Counted from the stretch's first letter, positions 29,503 through 41,014 are shown. The stretch: DNA of 64,000 nucleotides from Terrimicrobiaceae bacterium (GCA_041752695.1 JBGSVZ010000104.1:1-64000); one strand, 5' to 3'. Translations and numbers: made by a program. Notes: generated from the letters alone by a model not told the origin.

Positions 29503-30495
29503 CTAAGGCACCGGCACGCGATCGAGGATCCAGTTGACAATTTTTTCGGGCGTCAATTCCTCCGCTTCGGCTTCATACGTCAGCAGGATGCGGTGGCGCA
29601 GGACGTCGAGAGCGATGGAGCGCACGTCGACCGGAGTGACATAGGCGCGACCTTCCATGAACGCACGGGCCTTGGCGGCCAGGGTGAGGTTAATCGTGGC
29701 GCGCGGGGAGGCCCCGTAACGAATGAGGCCCTCCAGTTTGGGATCGATGGAGGCCGGACGCCGCGTGGCGTAGACGAGGGCAATGATGTAGTCCTGAATC
29801 TGGTCGTCCACATACACCCGCTTCACCAGTTTCCGCAGACCCAGAATGGTTTCGATATCGAGGATGGGGTCCAGCTTTTCGGGGGTGGCATCGAGCGCCT
29901 TGAGGGCGAGGATTTTTTTCTCCTCCGCCTCGGACCCAAAGTCCACCACCACTTTGAGCATGAAGCGATCCACCTGCGCTTCCGGCAGCGCGTAAACCCC
30001 CTCCTGTTCCAACGGATTTTGGGTGGCCAGCACCAGGAAGGGATCGGGCAGCGGATGGGTCGTGTCACCGATCGTCACTTGGTGTTCCTGCATGGCCTCC
30101 AACAAAGCGCTCTGCACCTTGGCGGGCGAACGGTTGATTTCGTCGGCCAGGATGAGATTGCCAAATATCGGCCCGCGTTTGGTCGAATAGGTGTTGTCCC
30201 TCGGATTGTAAACCAAAGTGCCCACCACATCGGACGGCAGCAGGTCGGGAGTGAATTGAATGCGCTTAAAATCCGCACGGATGCAGGACGCCAGCGCTTT
30301 GATGGTCGTCGTCTTAGCCAGCCCCGGAACGCCTTCCAGAAGGACGTGCCCGTCGGAAAGAAGACCGATAAGAAGCCGTTCGATGAGGTATTGCTGGCCG
30401 ATCACCTCCTTTTGCATTTCCTGGAGGATCGCGGGGATCCATTGACTGGCCGCGGTGATTTTTTCGCCGAGGGCGCTGAGGTCTTCCTGGGTCAT
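29503..30495 (-). CDS. moxR: MoxR family AAA+ ATPase
   Basis: LLEGVPGLAKT, RIQFTPDLLP, DEINR, ATQNP and GASPR. Confidence 0.96.
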   Translation of the reverse strand: MTQEDLSALGEKITAASQWIPAILQEMQKEVIGQQYLIERLLIGLLSDGHVLLEGVPGLAKTTTIKALASCIRADFKRIQFTPDLLPSDVVGTLVYNPRDNTYSTKRGPIFGNLILADEINRSPAKVQSALLEAMQEHQVTIGDTTHPLPDPFLVLATQNPLEQEGVYALPEAQVDRFMLKVVVDFGSEAEEKKILALKALDATPEKLDPILDIETILGLRKLVKRVYVDDQIQDYIIALVYATRRPASIDPKLEGLIRYGASPRATINLTLAAKARAFMEGRAYVTPVDVRSIALDVLRHRILLTYEAEAEELTPEKIVNWILDRVPVP

Positions 30496-30702
30496 TGATT
30501 TTTGGGGGCAGGGATTGAGGGGGTGGTTCGGAAAAGCGGCAGACTCTTTAATCCCTTGCAGGATGCCAACCGTGAGTCCTCCGCCGACTTTTCTTATGCT
30601 GTTTGCTGATTCGTTGCAAAATTTTCCGGAGTTGCCAATATCACATGTTTGATTCTTGAATATTTTCCACGATTGACCCACCTTCAGGCTCCCCCATCCC
30701 CG

Positions 30703-31959
30703 ATGGCCAGGCCCAATATCCTCCTCCTGCTGACGGACCAGCAGCGCTTCGACACGATTGAGGCGCTGGGCAGTTCGTTTTCCGCGGCGACCCCGAATAT
30801 GGACACACTGGCGCGGGCCGGGGTGACTTTTCGCCGGACGTATTGCACGGCCCCGGTTTGTTCGCCCTCAAGGGCGACCCTGATGACCGGATTGTTTCCC
30901 CATCAAGCGCATGTTCCGGCAAATTTGGGACGCGGCGTTCCCCCGCTCTCCCCAGCACTGCCGACCGTGGGCAAGATGTTGAGGGCCGGCGGCTACCAGA
31001 CGGCCTATCACGGCAAATGGCATCTCGGAGGATGTTTGCACGAACATGGCTTTGAGATCGGGGAAGAATGTTCGCACGACGAAACGACCCGGTTGCTGGC
31101 TTCGCGGTTTTGGAAGGATCGCGATTGGATGGATCATGACCGTCCGTTTTTTCATGTCGTCTCTTTTCTAAATCCGCACGACAACTATTTTTTCGACCCC
31201 GAAGAACGGGTGGAAGGATTTGGCCGACCGTGGCGGAACAACACCCCGGAAACCGCGCCCGCCGCGGTCATGGCAAGGCGCCCGGACTGGAGCGAAGAAA
31301 AATGGGGGGCCTATTTTGCGTTTTACGAACAGTTGATCGAGCGGGTGGACGCCGAGATCGGTGAGTGCTTGCATGAACTCCGATGCAGCGGTTTTTTTGC
31401 CAACACGTGGATTATTTTTGCGGCGGATCACGGCGACATGGCGGGGGAGCACGGGCTGCCGTTTAAAGGTCCGTATGGCTACGAGGGGGTCACCCGCGTT
31501 CCTTTGATCATTGTGCCGCCGCAAACGCGCTTCGCCGGTCCACAGCCGTCGGGAACCTTTGAGAGTGGAATTGCCTCAGGATGCCGGGACCAGCTTTGCA
31601 GCCTCGCCGACATCGTGCCAACCATTCTCGATCTGGCTGGTCTTCCGCGGGTCCCTGCTCTCCCCGGCTGCAGTCTGTTGCCGGTTCTGCGGGACGCCAC
31701 CGCGTCCGACCCCCACGAATATGTCTTTGCCGCCTGGCACCAGCCCGGGATGCGGATGGTTTGTTCGCGTGGCTGGAAATACATCTGCCACGAGGATGGC
31801 GGGGAGGAGCTTTTCGATCTCAAAAACGACCCGGAGGAAACATGCAACCTGTCGGCGGTGCCCGCGGCGGTCGGGCCGAAATCTCAACTCATTGCCGCCT
31901 TGGCGTCACATCTCAGGGACACGGCAGATCCCTGCGCATCGCGATTTCCTTTAGCCTAA
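30703..31959 (+). CDS. Formylglycine-dependent sulfatase
   Basis: PNILLLLTDQ, CSPSR motif, GKWHL and DHG. Confidence 0.93.
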   Translation: MARPNILLLLTDQQRFDTIEALGSSFSAATPNMDTLARAGVTFRRTYCTAPVCSPSRATLMTGLFPHQAHVPANLGRGVPPLSPALPTVGKMLRAGGYQTAYHGKWHLGGCLHEHGFEIGEECSHDETTRLLASRFWKDRDWMDHDRPFFHVVSFLNPHDNYFFDPEERVEGFGRPWRNNTPETAPAAVMARRPDWSEEKWGAYFAFYEQLIERVDAEIGECLHELRCSGFFANTWIIFAADHGDMAGEHGLPFKGPYGYEGVTRVPLIIVPPQTRFAGPQPSGTFESGIASGCRDQLCSLADIVPTILDLAGLPRVPALPGCSLLPVLRDATASDPHEYVFAAWHQPGMRMVCSRGWKYICHEDGGEELFDLKNDPEETCNLSAVPAAVGPKSQLIAALASHLRDTADPCASRFPLA

Positions 31960-32090
31960 GAAGGGCGGCAGCCAAATCATCGGCAGGACGTCCGGGAATA
32001 AACGTCCCGACAGCCTTGGGCTGCCGGTTCGTGCTGACAGCGGCGAAGGAAAGGTCTCCTGCGCGAGCGCGCCTCGGGGCAGGATTCCGA

Positions 32091-33245
32091 TCAGGCTGCG
32101 GCGGGCAATCCGTCGACCACGATGCGGTGGGCTTCGATCCACTCGCGGACGGCCTTGCGCAGGTCATTGGCGGACTGCTCGACCTGCCGCTTGAGTTCCT
32201 TGCGGTGGTGGCGGGAAATTTCGCCGCGCTTTTCGCGGGCTTCGCGGTATTGCGCGAGTTGGGTTTCCCATTGGGCCAGAGCCACATTCATGCGGTCCTG
32301 GGCGGCGATCAGCATGGCGTTGAGGGACTCGGAGAGCGGAACCTGCTGGGCGGCCAATTTTTGATCGAGCAAAATTTTCTGCTCCTCGATCTGGGCTTTG
32401 AGGATTTTCTCCTCGGGAACGGTGCGAAGCTTGCTAGCAAGGCCGACCTTGCTCAGCATCCAGATTGTCCACTTGGTGGGGTCGAACTGCCAGGGTTTCA
32501 CTCCGTTGCGGTAGTCGTGCTGAAACTCGTGGTGAAAATTATGATAACCTTCCCCGAAGGTGAAGACGGCCATGAGAAAGCTATCACGGGCCGTGCAATG
32601 GCTGGAATACGGGCGGGATCCGATCCAATGGCAGAGCGAGTTGATGCAGAACGTCATATGATGCACGAAAACCACGCGGGCGACCCCGGCGAGGAGGAAG
32701 GCACCCAAGGCTGCCTGTGCACCGCCCCAGAGAAATCCAAGGAGAGTCGGGACGCCAAATCCCATCCCGAAAGCGAGGGGCACGTAATATTGATGCTGCC
32801 ACCAGGCGAGGCGGTCCTTTTGCAAATCGCGCACCCAGGTTAGTGGGGTCTCCGGCCCAGTCCGGAAAAGGAGCCAGCCGATGTGGGCGTGAAACAGACC
32901 CTTGGAAATATCGTAGGGATCGTCGTCATGATCGACAAATTTGTGGTGACGGCGGTGGTCCGCCGACCAGGCGAGGGCGGAACCTTCGAAGGCGGCGGCT
33001 CCAAAAAGCAGGGTGAAAAGTTTCACCGGCCACTTGGCGTGGAAGGTGAGATGAGAGAACAAACGGTGGTAGCCCAGCGTGATGCTCAGTCCGGTCGAGA
33101 TAAAAAAGACCATGAAGAGCGTGATCTGGAAAGCATCGAGACCGAAATGCCAGATGTAGGCGGGAACGGCGATCACCGTGGTGAGGAACGTCGTGATGAG
33201 GAACAGGCTGTTCTCCCAGCGCACTTTGTAGGGCAGTTTAAACAT
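32091..33245 (-). CDS. Acyl-CoA/lipid delta-9 desaturase with coiled-coil C-terminus
   Basis: His boxes HRLFSH, HRRHH and HNFHH. Confidence 0.95.
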   Translation of the reverse strand: MFKLPYKVRWENSLFLITTFLTTVIAVPAYIWHFGLDAFQITLFMVFFISTGLSITLGYHRLFSHLTFHAKWPVKLFTLLFGAAAFEGSALAWSADHRRHHKFVDHDDDPYDISKGLFHAHIGWLLFRTGPETPLTWVRDLQKDRLAWWQHQYYVPLAFGMGFGVPTLLGFLWGGAQAALGAFLLAGVARVVFVHHMTFCINSLCHWIGSRPYSSHCTARDSFLMAVFTFGEGYHNFHHEFQHDYRNGVKPWQFDPTKWTIWMLSKVGLASKLRTVPEEKILKAQIEEQKILLDQKLAAQQVPLSESLNAMLIAAQDRMNVALAQWETQLAQYREAREKRGEISRHHRKELKRQVEQSANDLRKAVREWIEAHRIVVDGLPAAA

Positions 33246-33413
33246 GCGGCGGTCAACCTACACGGCGATTGGCCACTGGCTACTCGTTTTTTTGGATTTT
33301 CCGGCCGTTTTTTAGACCGGTACCTGCGCTCTCGGGGGTATTGGCGGCCCCACGCTACCAGCGGAAACGCCAGGATGCGCCACCCCTAAGCTCGTTCCAA
33401 CAAACCGCGGAGG

Positions 33414-34625
<1,212 letters not shown>

Positions 34626-34837
34626 AAGATAAGGCCCCGAACCTCAGGCGCGGCGGCGGGGATGTCAATCTTAACAAAAGTTTGCATTTCCCCGCGGATC
34701 GACGATGTTACCGGTCCGCACGATGGAATTAGGGCCCGATGCCACGTGAGAGTTCACGTGGCGAGTTACCGGCACAACCTGCCTTTTCTCGACGAATCCT
34801 CGTCATTTCCCATTCCGGTCGTTGCGCGCCATTATCT

Positions 34838-35056
34838 ATGAATCAAGAGAAGACCATTGAGATCGAAGGACGTATCACCAACGTGCTCCCGGGCACGATG
34901 TTTCATGTCGAATTGGAGAACAAGCACACCGTGCTGGCTCATATCTCCGGCAAAATGCGCAAACGGTTCATCCGCCTGCTCAACGGAGATCGCGTGAAAC
35001 TGGAGATGTCGCCCTACGACCTCGACAAGGCGCGCATCGTTTACCGCCTCGGCTAA
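34838..35056 (+). CDS. infA: Translation initiation factor IF-1
   Basis: [26 protein letters not shown]. Confidence 0.98.
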   Translation: MNQEKTIEIEGRITNVLPGTMFHVELENKHTVLAHISGKMRKRFIRLLNGDRVKLEMSPYDLDKARIVYRLG

Positions 35057-35105
35057 GGCCGAAGCGGATTGCCGGGCACACCCCGGCCCCTCTATTCTCC
35101 GGCGC

Positions 35106-36482
35106 ATGAGACGTTTTCTCGCCGGATTTGTTGCCACCGTTTTCCTCGCGCCGCCGTTGCTGGCGCAGCGGGGGAACCCCGAAGTTTTGTTCGCAGGGCA
35201 GTCGGTTGATCACATGATCGCCGCCTACATGAAGGAACACGACGTTCCCGGCATGGCGGTGGCCATCGTTCAGGCCCCGTACATCACCCGCGTCATCGGC
35301 TACGGAATCGCCGATCTCGAAACTCAGCGTCTCGCGTCCTCTCACACGCTTTTTGCAATCGGTCCGATGGTCGAGGCCTACATCGCCGTCGCGGTGATGC
35401 AGCTCGTCGAGGCCGGGAAACTCTCGCTCGACGACCCGACCGGGAAGCATGTCCCCGGGGCTGCGACCGCCACCCTCCGGCAATTGCTGCAGCATCAATC
35501 CTCCCTGCCCCGTCCGCTCGATTACGCTGTCCTGACCGAGGTCGTCGCCAAGGCCTCGGGCATGACCTGCGAGCAATTTATCCGGCAAAACCAGTTCGAC
35601 CGCCTCGGGCTCAAACAAACCTTTTTCGCCAGCGAGCTGAGCGACCTGCGGGCAGAGGCGTCCAAAAAACACGGCGAATTCCTCCGCAACCCACAGCTCA
35701 TCAACCCGACCGAACCGGCCACCGGCTCGGCTGCCAAATCCGAAAACCCGTCCGCGGGACTGCAGATCTACGCCTCCGCCATGGATATCTCAATTTGGGA
35801 CATCGGTCTCGCGGGCGAAATTTTGATCAAAGATCCCGCACTCCGGAAAATCCTCTATCACCCCACGGAAGACACCCCGAGTTCCGGTCCCTGGTATTTT
35901 CCGGGTCATCCCGGGTTGATGGTGACCACAGGCAGCGGTGACGGCTTTTCCGCGCTGCTCAGCCGGTTCACCGATCCGAAGGAACTCGTCTGTGTGACCC
36001 TCCTGGCCAACAAGGACGGCCTGGACCTCACCCAGCTTGCGCGCCGCATTGCGGGGGCTTATGATCCCAAGATCGGCCCACCCCTCCAGACCGCCGCGCT
36101 CCGCGTGCAGCAAAGCCCATTCTCCGTGAAGGAAACCCTCGACCGTTTCGAGAAAATCCTGCGCGAACGCGGCGTCGGGATCGTCGCACGGGTCGATCAC
36201 GCCAAAGCCGCCCAGTCCGCCAATCTCGAACTCCCCGCCACCGAGGAACTGATCTTCGGAAACCCCACTGACGGCACGCTCCTCATGCAGCAAAACCGCG
36301 CGGTGGCCACCGACCTTCCCCTGCGCGCCGCCGCTTGGGAACAGGATGGCGCCGTCTGGATCGCCGCCACCGACCCCGTCGAAATCGCCCGCCGTCACGA
36401 CATCACCGATCTCAACGAGGTCCTGCAGCGCATGCGCGACGGGGTTGATTCCGCATTGCGCCAGGCGGTGGGGGCACCGTGA
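35106..36482 (+). CDS. Serine-hydrolase (beta-lactamase-like) fold fused to a DUF302-like domain
   Basis: VPGMAVAIV, MQLVEAGKLSLDD and TLRQLL.H; C-terminal RVDH..AA..A.L.L......FGNP..GT.LMQ....DLPLR. Confidence 0.85.
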   Translation: MRRFLAGFVATVFLAPPLLAQRGNPEVLFAGQSVDHMIAAYMKEHDVPGMAVAIVQAPYITRVIGYGIADLETQRLASSHTLFAIGPMVEAYIAVAVMQLVEAGKLSLDDPTGKHVPGAATATLRQLLQHQSSLPRPLDYAVLTEVVAKASGMTCEQFIRQNQFDRLGLKQTFFASELSDLRAEASKKHGEFLRNPQLINPTEPATGSAAKSENPSAGLQIYASAMDISIWDIGLAGEILIKDPALRKILYHPTEDTPSSGPWYFPGHPGLMVTTGSGDGFSALLSRFTDPKELVCVTLLANKDGLDLTQLARRIAGAYDPKIGPPLQTAALRVQQSPFSVKETLDRFEKILRERGVGIVARVDHAKAAQSANLELPATEELIFGNPTDGTLLMQQNRAVATDLPLRAAAWEQDGAVWIAATDPVEIARRHDITDLNEVLQRMRDGVDSALRQAVGAP

Positions 36483-36603
36483 GGGCTTTCTGAAAACGCC
36501 GGGTGGTTTCACGGATTTCTAGATCCACGGTTACACCCCCTTGAGATCAACGGCGGCGCGCAACGCCGACAAGATGCCGCCATCCTTGCGCGACCCTGCC
36601 AAA

Positions 36604-37404
36604 TCACCCCTTGTTGAAAAATCGGGCCAGGGCGGGTTCGGATTTGTAGGTTTGGAAAAAGTGGTCTTCCGCGAGGAGCGGGTAAAAGAAGTCGGGCGGC
36701 AGGGCGTTGCCAGCCTGATCGAGGAGTTCGATGGCTTTGTCGATTTTTCCCCCGCGGAGAGCGAGGGCGGCTTCGGTGAGGGTCCATGAGGGGTCCTCCG
36801 CCTGGGTTTCGCCGACTTTTGGCCGGATAAAGGTGAGACGATCCCCGACCTCTATCTGGGCGAGGCGGATTTTCAGTTGCAGGACCGGGTCGGAGGGCTG
36901 CTTTTTCCGGGCGATTTCCAGCTCGGCGAGGGCATCGGCTGGCCGACCGCGCCAACGGAGAATTTCGCTCAGGTTATAATGACCTCGGGAGTTTTCCGGT
37001 TCGGCTTCGAGGGCGAGGCGCATCTGACGCTCCGCTTCGGGCAGGTCGCTCTCTCGCTGGGCAAGGAGGCCGAGGAGGGTGTGGCTGTCGGCGATTTTCT
37101 GCCTGGAGGCCAGACTTGCCCGGGCAAAGGCGGCGGCCCTGCGGGGGTGACCCTCCCGCATTTCCTGAATCGCGCGCTGGAATTTTAATGCGGGGGCCTC
37201 GGGGTCGAGCGCTGCGGCCTCCTCCAGAAGTTTGCGCGAGGAAACCAACCAGCCCCGATTCTGGGCTTCTGCCGCTTGCGCGACCTTCCGCCCGGCCGTC
37301 TCAGGGTCCTGGGAAAGCCCGGAGCCCGCCAGCAGAAAGACGCCGCAGAGAACAAGGCAGACCTCCCGGTGAAAGATTGGAAATGCGGGGCGGAAAGGAT
37401 GCAT
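36604..37404 (-). CDS. Tetratricopeptide repeat protein
   Basis: Signal-like N-terminus and TPR-like repeats (A..L.P.....YNL). Confidence 0.8.
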   Translation of the reverse strand: MHPFRPAFPIFHREVCLVLCGVFLLAGSGLSQDPETAGRKVAQAAEAQNRGWLVSSRKLLEEAAALDPEAPALKFQRAIQEMREGHPRRAAAFARASLASRQKIADSHTLLGLLAQRESDLPEAERQMRLALEAEPENSRGHYNLSEILRWRGRPADALAELEIARKKQPSDPVLQLKIRLAQIEVGDRLTFIRPKVGETQAEDPSWTLTEAALALRGGKIDKAIELLDQAGNALPPDFFYPLLAEDHFFQTYKSEPALARFFNKG

Positions 37405-37536
37405 GGCGACACAGGCACGATGCCGGGGTTTCTCCCCGGGGAAAAGATCAAAGACGGGACGGACCCCGCCGCTTCCGCCAGGGGAATTTCCGGGATTGCC
37501 TTTACTGGGCAATTGCGTCAGCGTTGATTTAATTCC

Positions 37537-37872
37537 ATGAAAACTTTTTGCCTTTTGATGGTGCTGTCCGCGGGAGCCGCTTTCGCGGGGGGCGGAGTGG
37601 TCGTGCAGGAAACCACCCGTGTCACGGTCGGTGTTTGCTGCCAGCAACCGCCGCGGATTCCCCAACGGATTATGCAAGGCATCAAGGATCTGGCTGTGCG
37701 CAGAAACCCGGGTCATCCCGACGACCAGATGGCTGAAGTGAGCGCGGGATTGAACGCCTGGTGCTCCCTGCAGCGGATTCCGAACACGCCGGAAAAGGAG
37801 ACCGCGGAGGCTCTTTACCCGTTCGATTTCGCCAAGCAGCTTTATCTCGCGCAGCGGCCCTTCCAGAATTAG
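37537..37872 (+). CDS. Small secreted hypothetical protein
   Basis: MKTFCLLMVLSAGAAFA signal peptide; fills the gap between neighbouring genes. Confidence 0.6.
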   Translation: MKTFCLLMVLSAGAAFAGGGVVVQETTRVTVGVCCQQPPRIPQRIMQGIKDLAVRRNPGHPDDQMAEVSAGLNAWCSLQRIPNTPEKETAEALYPFDFAKQLYLAQRPFQN

Positions 37873-37910
37873 GACCGGCCAAAGCCTGAGGGAGGGCGGA
37901 CCAGGCCCGC

Positions 37911-38798
37911 TCAGTGATCCTCGTGCCGACAGGCATCCGGGGAGGTTTCAAATTGGATCGTTGGGTGCCCGATGCCGAATTTGTGGTGCAGATCCTCGCG
38001 GATGCGATCAAGCAGGGCGTCATCAATGGTCGGATCTTTTTTGACGAGGTGCGCCGTGAGCGCCACCTCGGTCGTGCTGAGTGGCCAGATGTGGATGTGA
38101 TGCACCTCCACGACCTCGGGGAGAGCACCGAGGTATTCGCGGACGGCATCGGGATCCACACTCTCGGGGACGGCATCAAGGGAGAGATTCAGCGAATCTT
38201 TAAAAAGCTCCCAGGTGCTCACCAGGATGAAAAACGCCACGGCCAGGCTCACCACGGGATCAAGCCACGTCCAACCCGTGACGAGGATCACCGCCCCTGC
38301 GATCATGACCCCCGCGGAAACCCCGGCGTCCGCGGCCATGTGTAAGAAGGCACCACGAACATTGAGATCGGATTTGCGGCCGGACATAAACAGCATCGCA
38401 GTAGCCCCATTAACCAGAATGCCAAGACCGGCGACCCAGATGACCGTCGAACCCGCCACGGGGGCCGGTTCCCGGAAACGGCCGATGGCCTCCCACGCGA
38501 TGGCGCCGACCCCGACGAGCAGGAGCAAGGCGTTAAACAGGGCGGCCAGCACGGTGGCCCGCTTCCACCCATAGGTCCGGCGCGAACTGGCCGCGCGTTT
38601 CGCCAGTTCGTTCGCGACCCACGCAAGAATAAGACCGAAAACGTCGGAAAGATTGTGGCCGGCGTCCGCCAGCAGGGCGAGGGAGTTAGAGAAAAGCCCG
38701 AAGACGACCTCCAGGATGATGAACCCGCTGTTCAGCAGGATGCCAATGACAAAAGCCCGGCCAAAATCGGCGGGAGCGTGACTGTGTTCGTGAGCCAT
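37911..38798 (-). CDS. Cation diffusion facilitator (CzcD-like) transporter
   Basis: SLALLADAGHNLSD, N.RGAFLH..AD, H.H.W and HPTIQ.E. Confidence 0.95.
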   Translation of the reverse strand: MAHEHSHAPADFGRAFVIGILLNSGFIILEVVFGLFSNSLALLADAGHNLSDVFGLILAWVANELAKRAASSRRTYGWKRATVLAALFNALLLLVGVGAIAWEAIGRFREPAPVAGSTVIWVAGLGILVNGATAMLFMSGRKSDLNVRGAFLHMAADAGVSAGVMIAGAVILVTGWTWLDPVVSLAVAFFILVSTWELFKDSLNLSLDAVPESVDPDAVREYLGALPEVVEVHHIHIWPLSTTEVALTAHLVKKDPTIDDALLDRIREDLHHKFGIGHPTIQFETSPDACRHEDH

Positions 38799-39029
38799 GA
38801 ATATTCCAGGAAAACGGCGAAAAAAATTCCCGACCGCGCGGGGCAGAATTCCGCATTCCCGACAGTGTGGCAAGTTGTTCTCCCGAGGAGAGCAACGTCG
38901 AATGGAGAAGCTTCCCCCTTGAGAGTTCGAAGTTCGAAGTTGAGCGTTCAGCGTTGCGCGCTTCGCGCCCCCCGCGTTCCCCGCTTGCCTGCCGGGGGGA
39001 AACTCCTTCAGGATGTCATCCAGTTTCTC

Positions 39030-39911
39030 ATGAGTCTTGCTCAGCAAACTTTTTTTCGCCGCCTGAGCAGCACGCTCATTTTGTGGACACTTATCGTGGC
39101 GTCCGTCGGCCTGGGCTCGGACATCGGGTTTTTCCTGCTCATTCTCTTCATGGCCCTGGTGGGGCTCTACGAGTATTTCCACATGGTGAAGGAGCAGGGA
39201 GCGCCGGTCTTCACGCTGACGGGAATGATCTGCGGCGGAGTCTATCTCACGGCGAGTTTCCTCTTCCTGCGCAGCCAGGGCGGCGAGGAGTCGCTGGACC
39301 TGGAGATGGGCGTGCTGGTGGCCTTTCTTTTCACGGTTTTTGTGCGTCAGATGTTCCGCGGTGCGGCTTTGCGTGCGCCCCTGGAGGCCATCGCCTACAC
39401 GGTGTTCGGCCTGCTTTACATTCCCTGGCTTTTCAATTTCATCACCAAAATCATCTACCTGACTCCGCGGACGGAGGCGGGCGATCCCACCGGGCAATAT
39501 TACGTCATCTTCCTGATTCTCGTGACGAAATTCAGCGACATGGGGGCGTATGTCTTTGGCAGCCTTTTCGGAAAACATCCGTTCGTCCCGCATATCAGCC
39601 CGAAAAAGACCTGGGAGGGAATTGTTGGTGCGCTCTTTTCTTCCCTGCTGGGCGGCGTCTGGTTGTACTTCTGCATGCCGGACCGCCTGCCGGCCCTGCG
39701 GTTCGGTGATGTGGTGGGGCTGTCTCTGCTGCTGGGGGCGGTGGCGGTGGTGGGCGACCTCGCGGAATCCATCATCAAACGCAGTGCCCACGCCAAGGAC
39801 TCGAGCCAGATTCTTCCGGGCATCGGGGGGACGCTGGACCTGATCGACAGTCTCCTCTTCACCGCGCCGGTTTTGTACTTTTATCTCAACACCGTGGTGG
39901 GCGTTTCATGA
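39030..39911 (+). CDS. cdsA: Phosphatidate cytidylyltransferase
   Basis: SD.GAY, ISPKKTWEG, GDLAES..KR and PGIGG.LD..DS. Confidence 0.95.
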   Translation: MSLAQQTFFRRLSSTLILWTLIVASVGLGSDIGFFLLILFMALVGLYEYFHMVKEQGAPVFTLTGMICGGVYLTASFLFLRSQGGEESLDLEMGVLVAFLFTVFVRQMFRGAALRAPLEAIAYTVFGLLYIPWLFNFITKIIYLTPRTEAGDPTGQYYVIFLILVTKFSDMGAYVFGSLFGKHPFVPHISPKKTWEGIVGALFSSLLGGVWLYFCMPDRLPALRFGDVVGLSLLLGAVAVVGDLAESIIKRSAHAKDSSQILPGIGGTLDLIDSLLFTAPVLYFYLNTVVGVS

Positions 39912-41014
39912 AAAACGTCGTGGTACTCGGGGCCACCGGCTCGATCGGCCAGAGCGCACGCAAGGTCGCACGCGACATCCCGAACCGCATGCGGATCGTC
40001 GGAATGTCCGCTCATGACAACACCGGGGGGCTCGCGCAGGCCTCGGCCGAATTTCCCGGCGCGCGCACGGCGCTTTCTTCCGGGCCGGACGGGCCCGAAC
40101 GGCTGATCGAACTCGCCACGCAAGCGGACGCCGACATGGTGCTCATTGCGATTGTCGGTACAGCCGGTCTTGCTCCCGCCCTGGCCGCCATCGAGGCGGG
40201 GAAGGATATCGCCGTGGCCAGCAAGGAAATCCTCGTCATGGCCGGCGAAATCGTGATGGCCGCCGCGGCGCGCAAGGGCGTGAAGGTCCTGCCGGTGGAC
40301 AGCGAACACAACGCCATCTTCCAATGCCTCGACGGCCGTGACCCGGCCGGGGTTCGGCGTCTGATTTTAACCTGCTCGGGAGGACCCTTCCGCCAGACGC
40401 CTGCGGCAGAGCTTCCTGCCGTGACGCCCGGGATGGCGCTGAAACATCCCACCTGGACGATGGGACGGAAGATCAGCATCGATTCCGCCACCCTTTTTAA
40501 CAAGGGACTGGAGATGATCGAAGCGCGCTGGCTTTTTGATCTGCCCATGGCCCGCGTGGATGTAATCGTCCACCCGCAAAGCATTGTCCATTCCATGGTG
40601 GAGTTCATCGACGGCTCGGTGCTGGCGCAGCTGAGCCACTCGGACATGTGTTTCCCCATCCAATACGCCGTCACCTGGCCGGAGCGCGTGGGGAACACCC
40701 TGCGTCCCCTGGATTTCGCCGCGCTGGGCAAACTCGACTTCGAAGCACCTCGCTACGCGGACTTCCCCGCCCTCGATCTGGCCCGGCGTGCCGGAAAAAC
40801 CGGCGGCACGCTGCCCGCCGTACTCAACGCCGCCAACGAGGTGGCCGTGCAGGCCTTTCTGGAGGGAAAAATTTCCTTTCCTCGGATCTGGGAAACTGTC
40901 GCCCGCGTGATGGAAGAATGTCCTTTTGCGCCGCATCCGGGTCTGGAGGAACTGATTGTGACAGACGGCCGTGCCCGCGAACTGGCGCACCTCGCCCTCC
41001 CGAAGGGACTCTGA
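39908..41014 (+). CDS. dxr: 1-deoxy-D-xylulose-5-phosphate reductoisomerase
   Basis: LGATGSIG, PVDSEH.A, HPTW.MG.KI..DSAT..NKGLE and NAANE. Confidence 0.98.
   Translation: MKNVVVLGATGSIGQSARKVARDIPNRMRIVGMSAHDNTGGLAQASAEFPGARTALSSGPDGPERLIELATQADADMVLIAIVGTAGLAPALAAIEAGKDIAVASKEILVMAGEIVMAAAARKGVKVLPVDSEHNAIFQCLDGRDPAGVRRLILTCSGGPFRQTPAAELPAVTPGMALKHPTWTMGRKISIDSATLFNKGLEMIEARWLFDLPMARVDVIVHPQSIVHSMVEFIDGSVLAQLSHSDMCFPIQYAVTWPERVGNTLRPLDFAALGKLDFEAPRYADFPALDLARRAGKTGGTLPAVLNAANEVAVQAFLEGKISFPRIWETVARVMEECPFAPHPGLEELIVTDGRARELAHLALPKGL

Noticed and set aside
38655..39791. Long overlapping N-terminal extensions of the CDF (626 aa) and CdsA (418 aa) ORFs
   Set aside because: Each extension runs through the intergenic region into the other gene; likely starts are 38798 and 39030.
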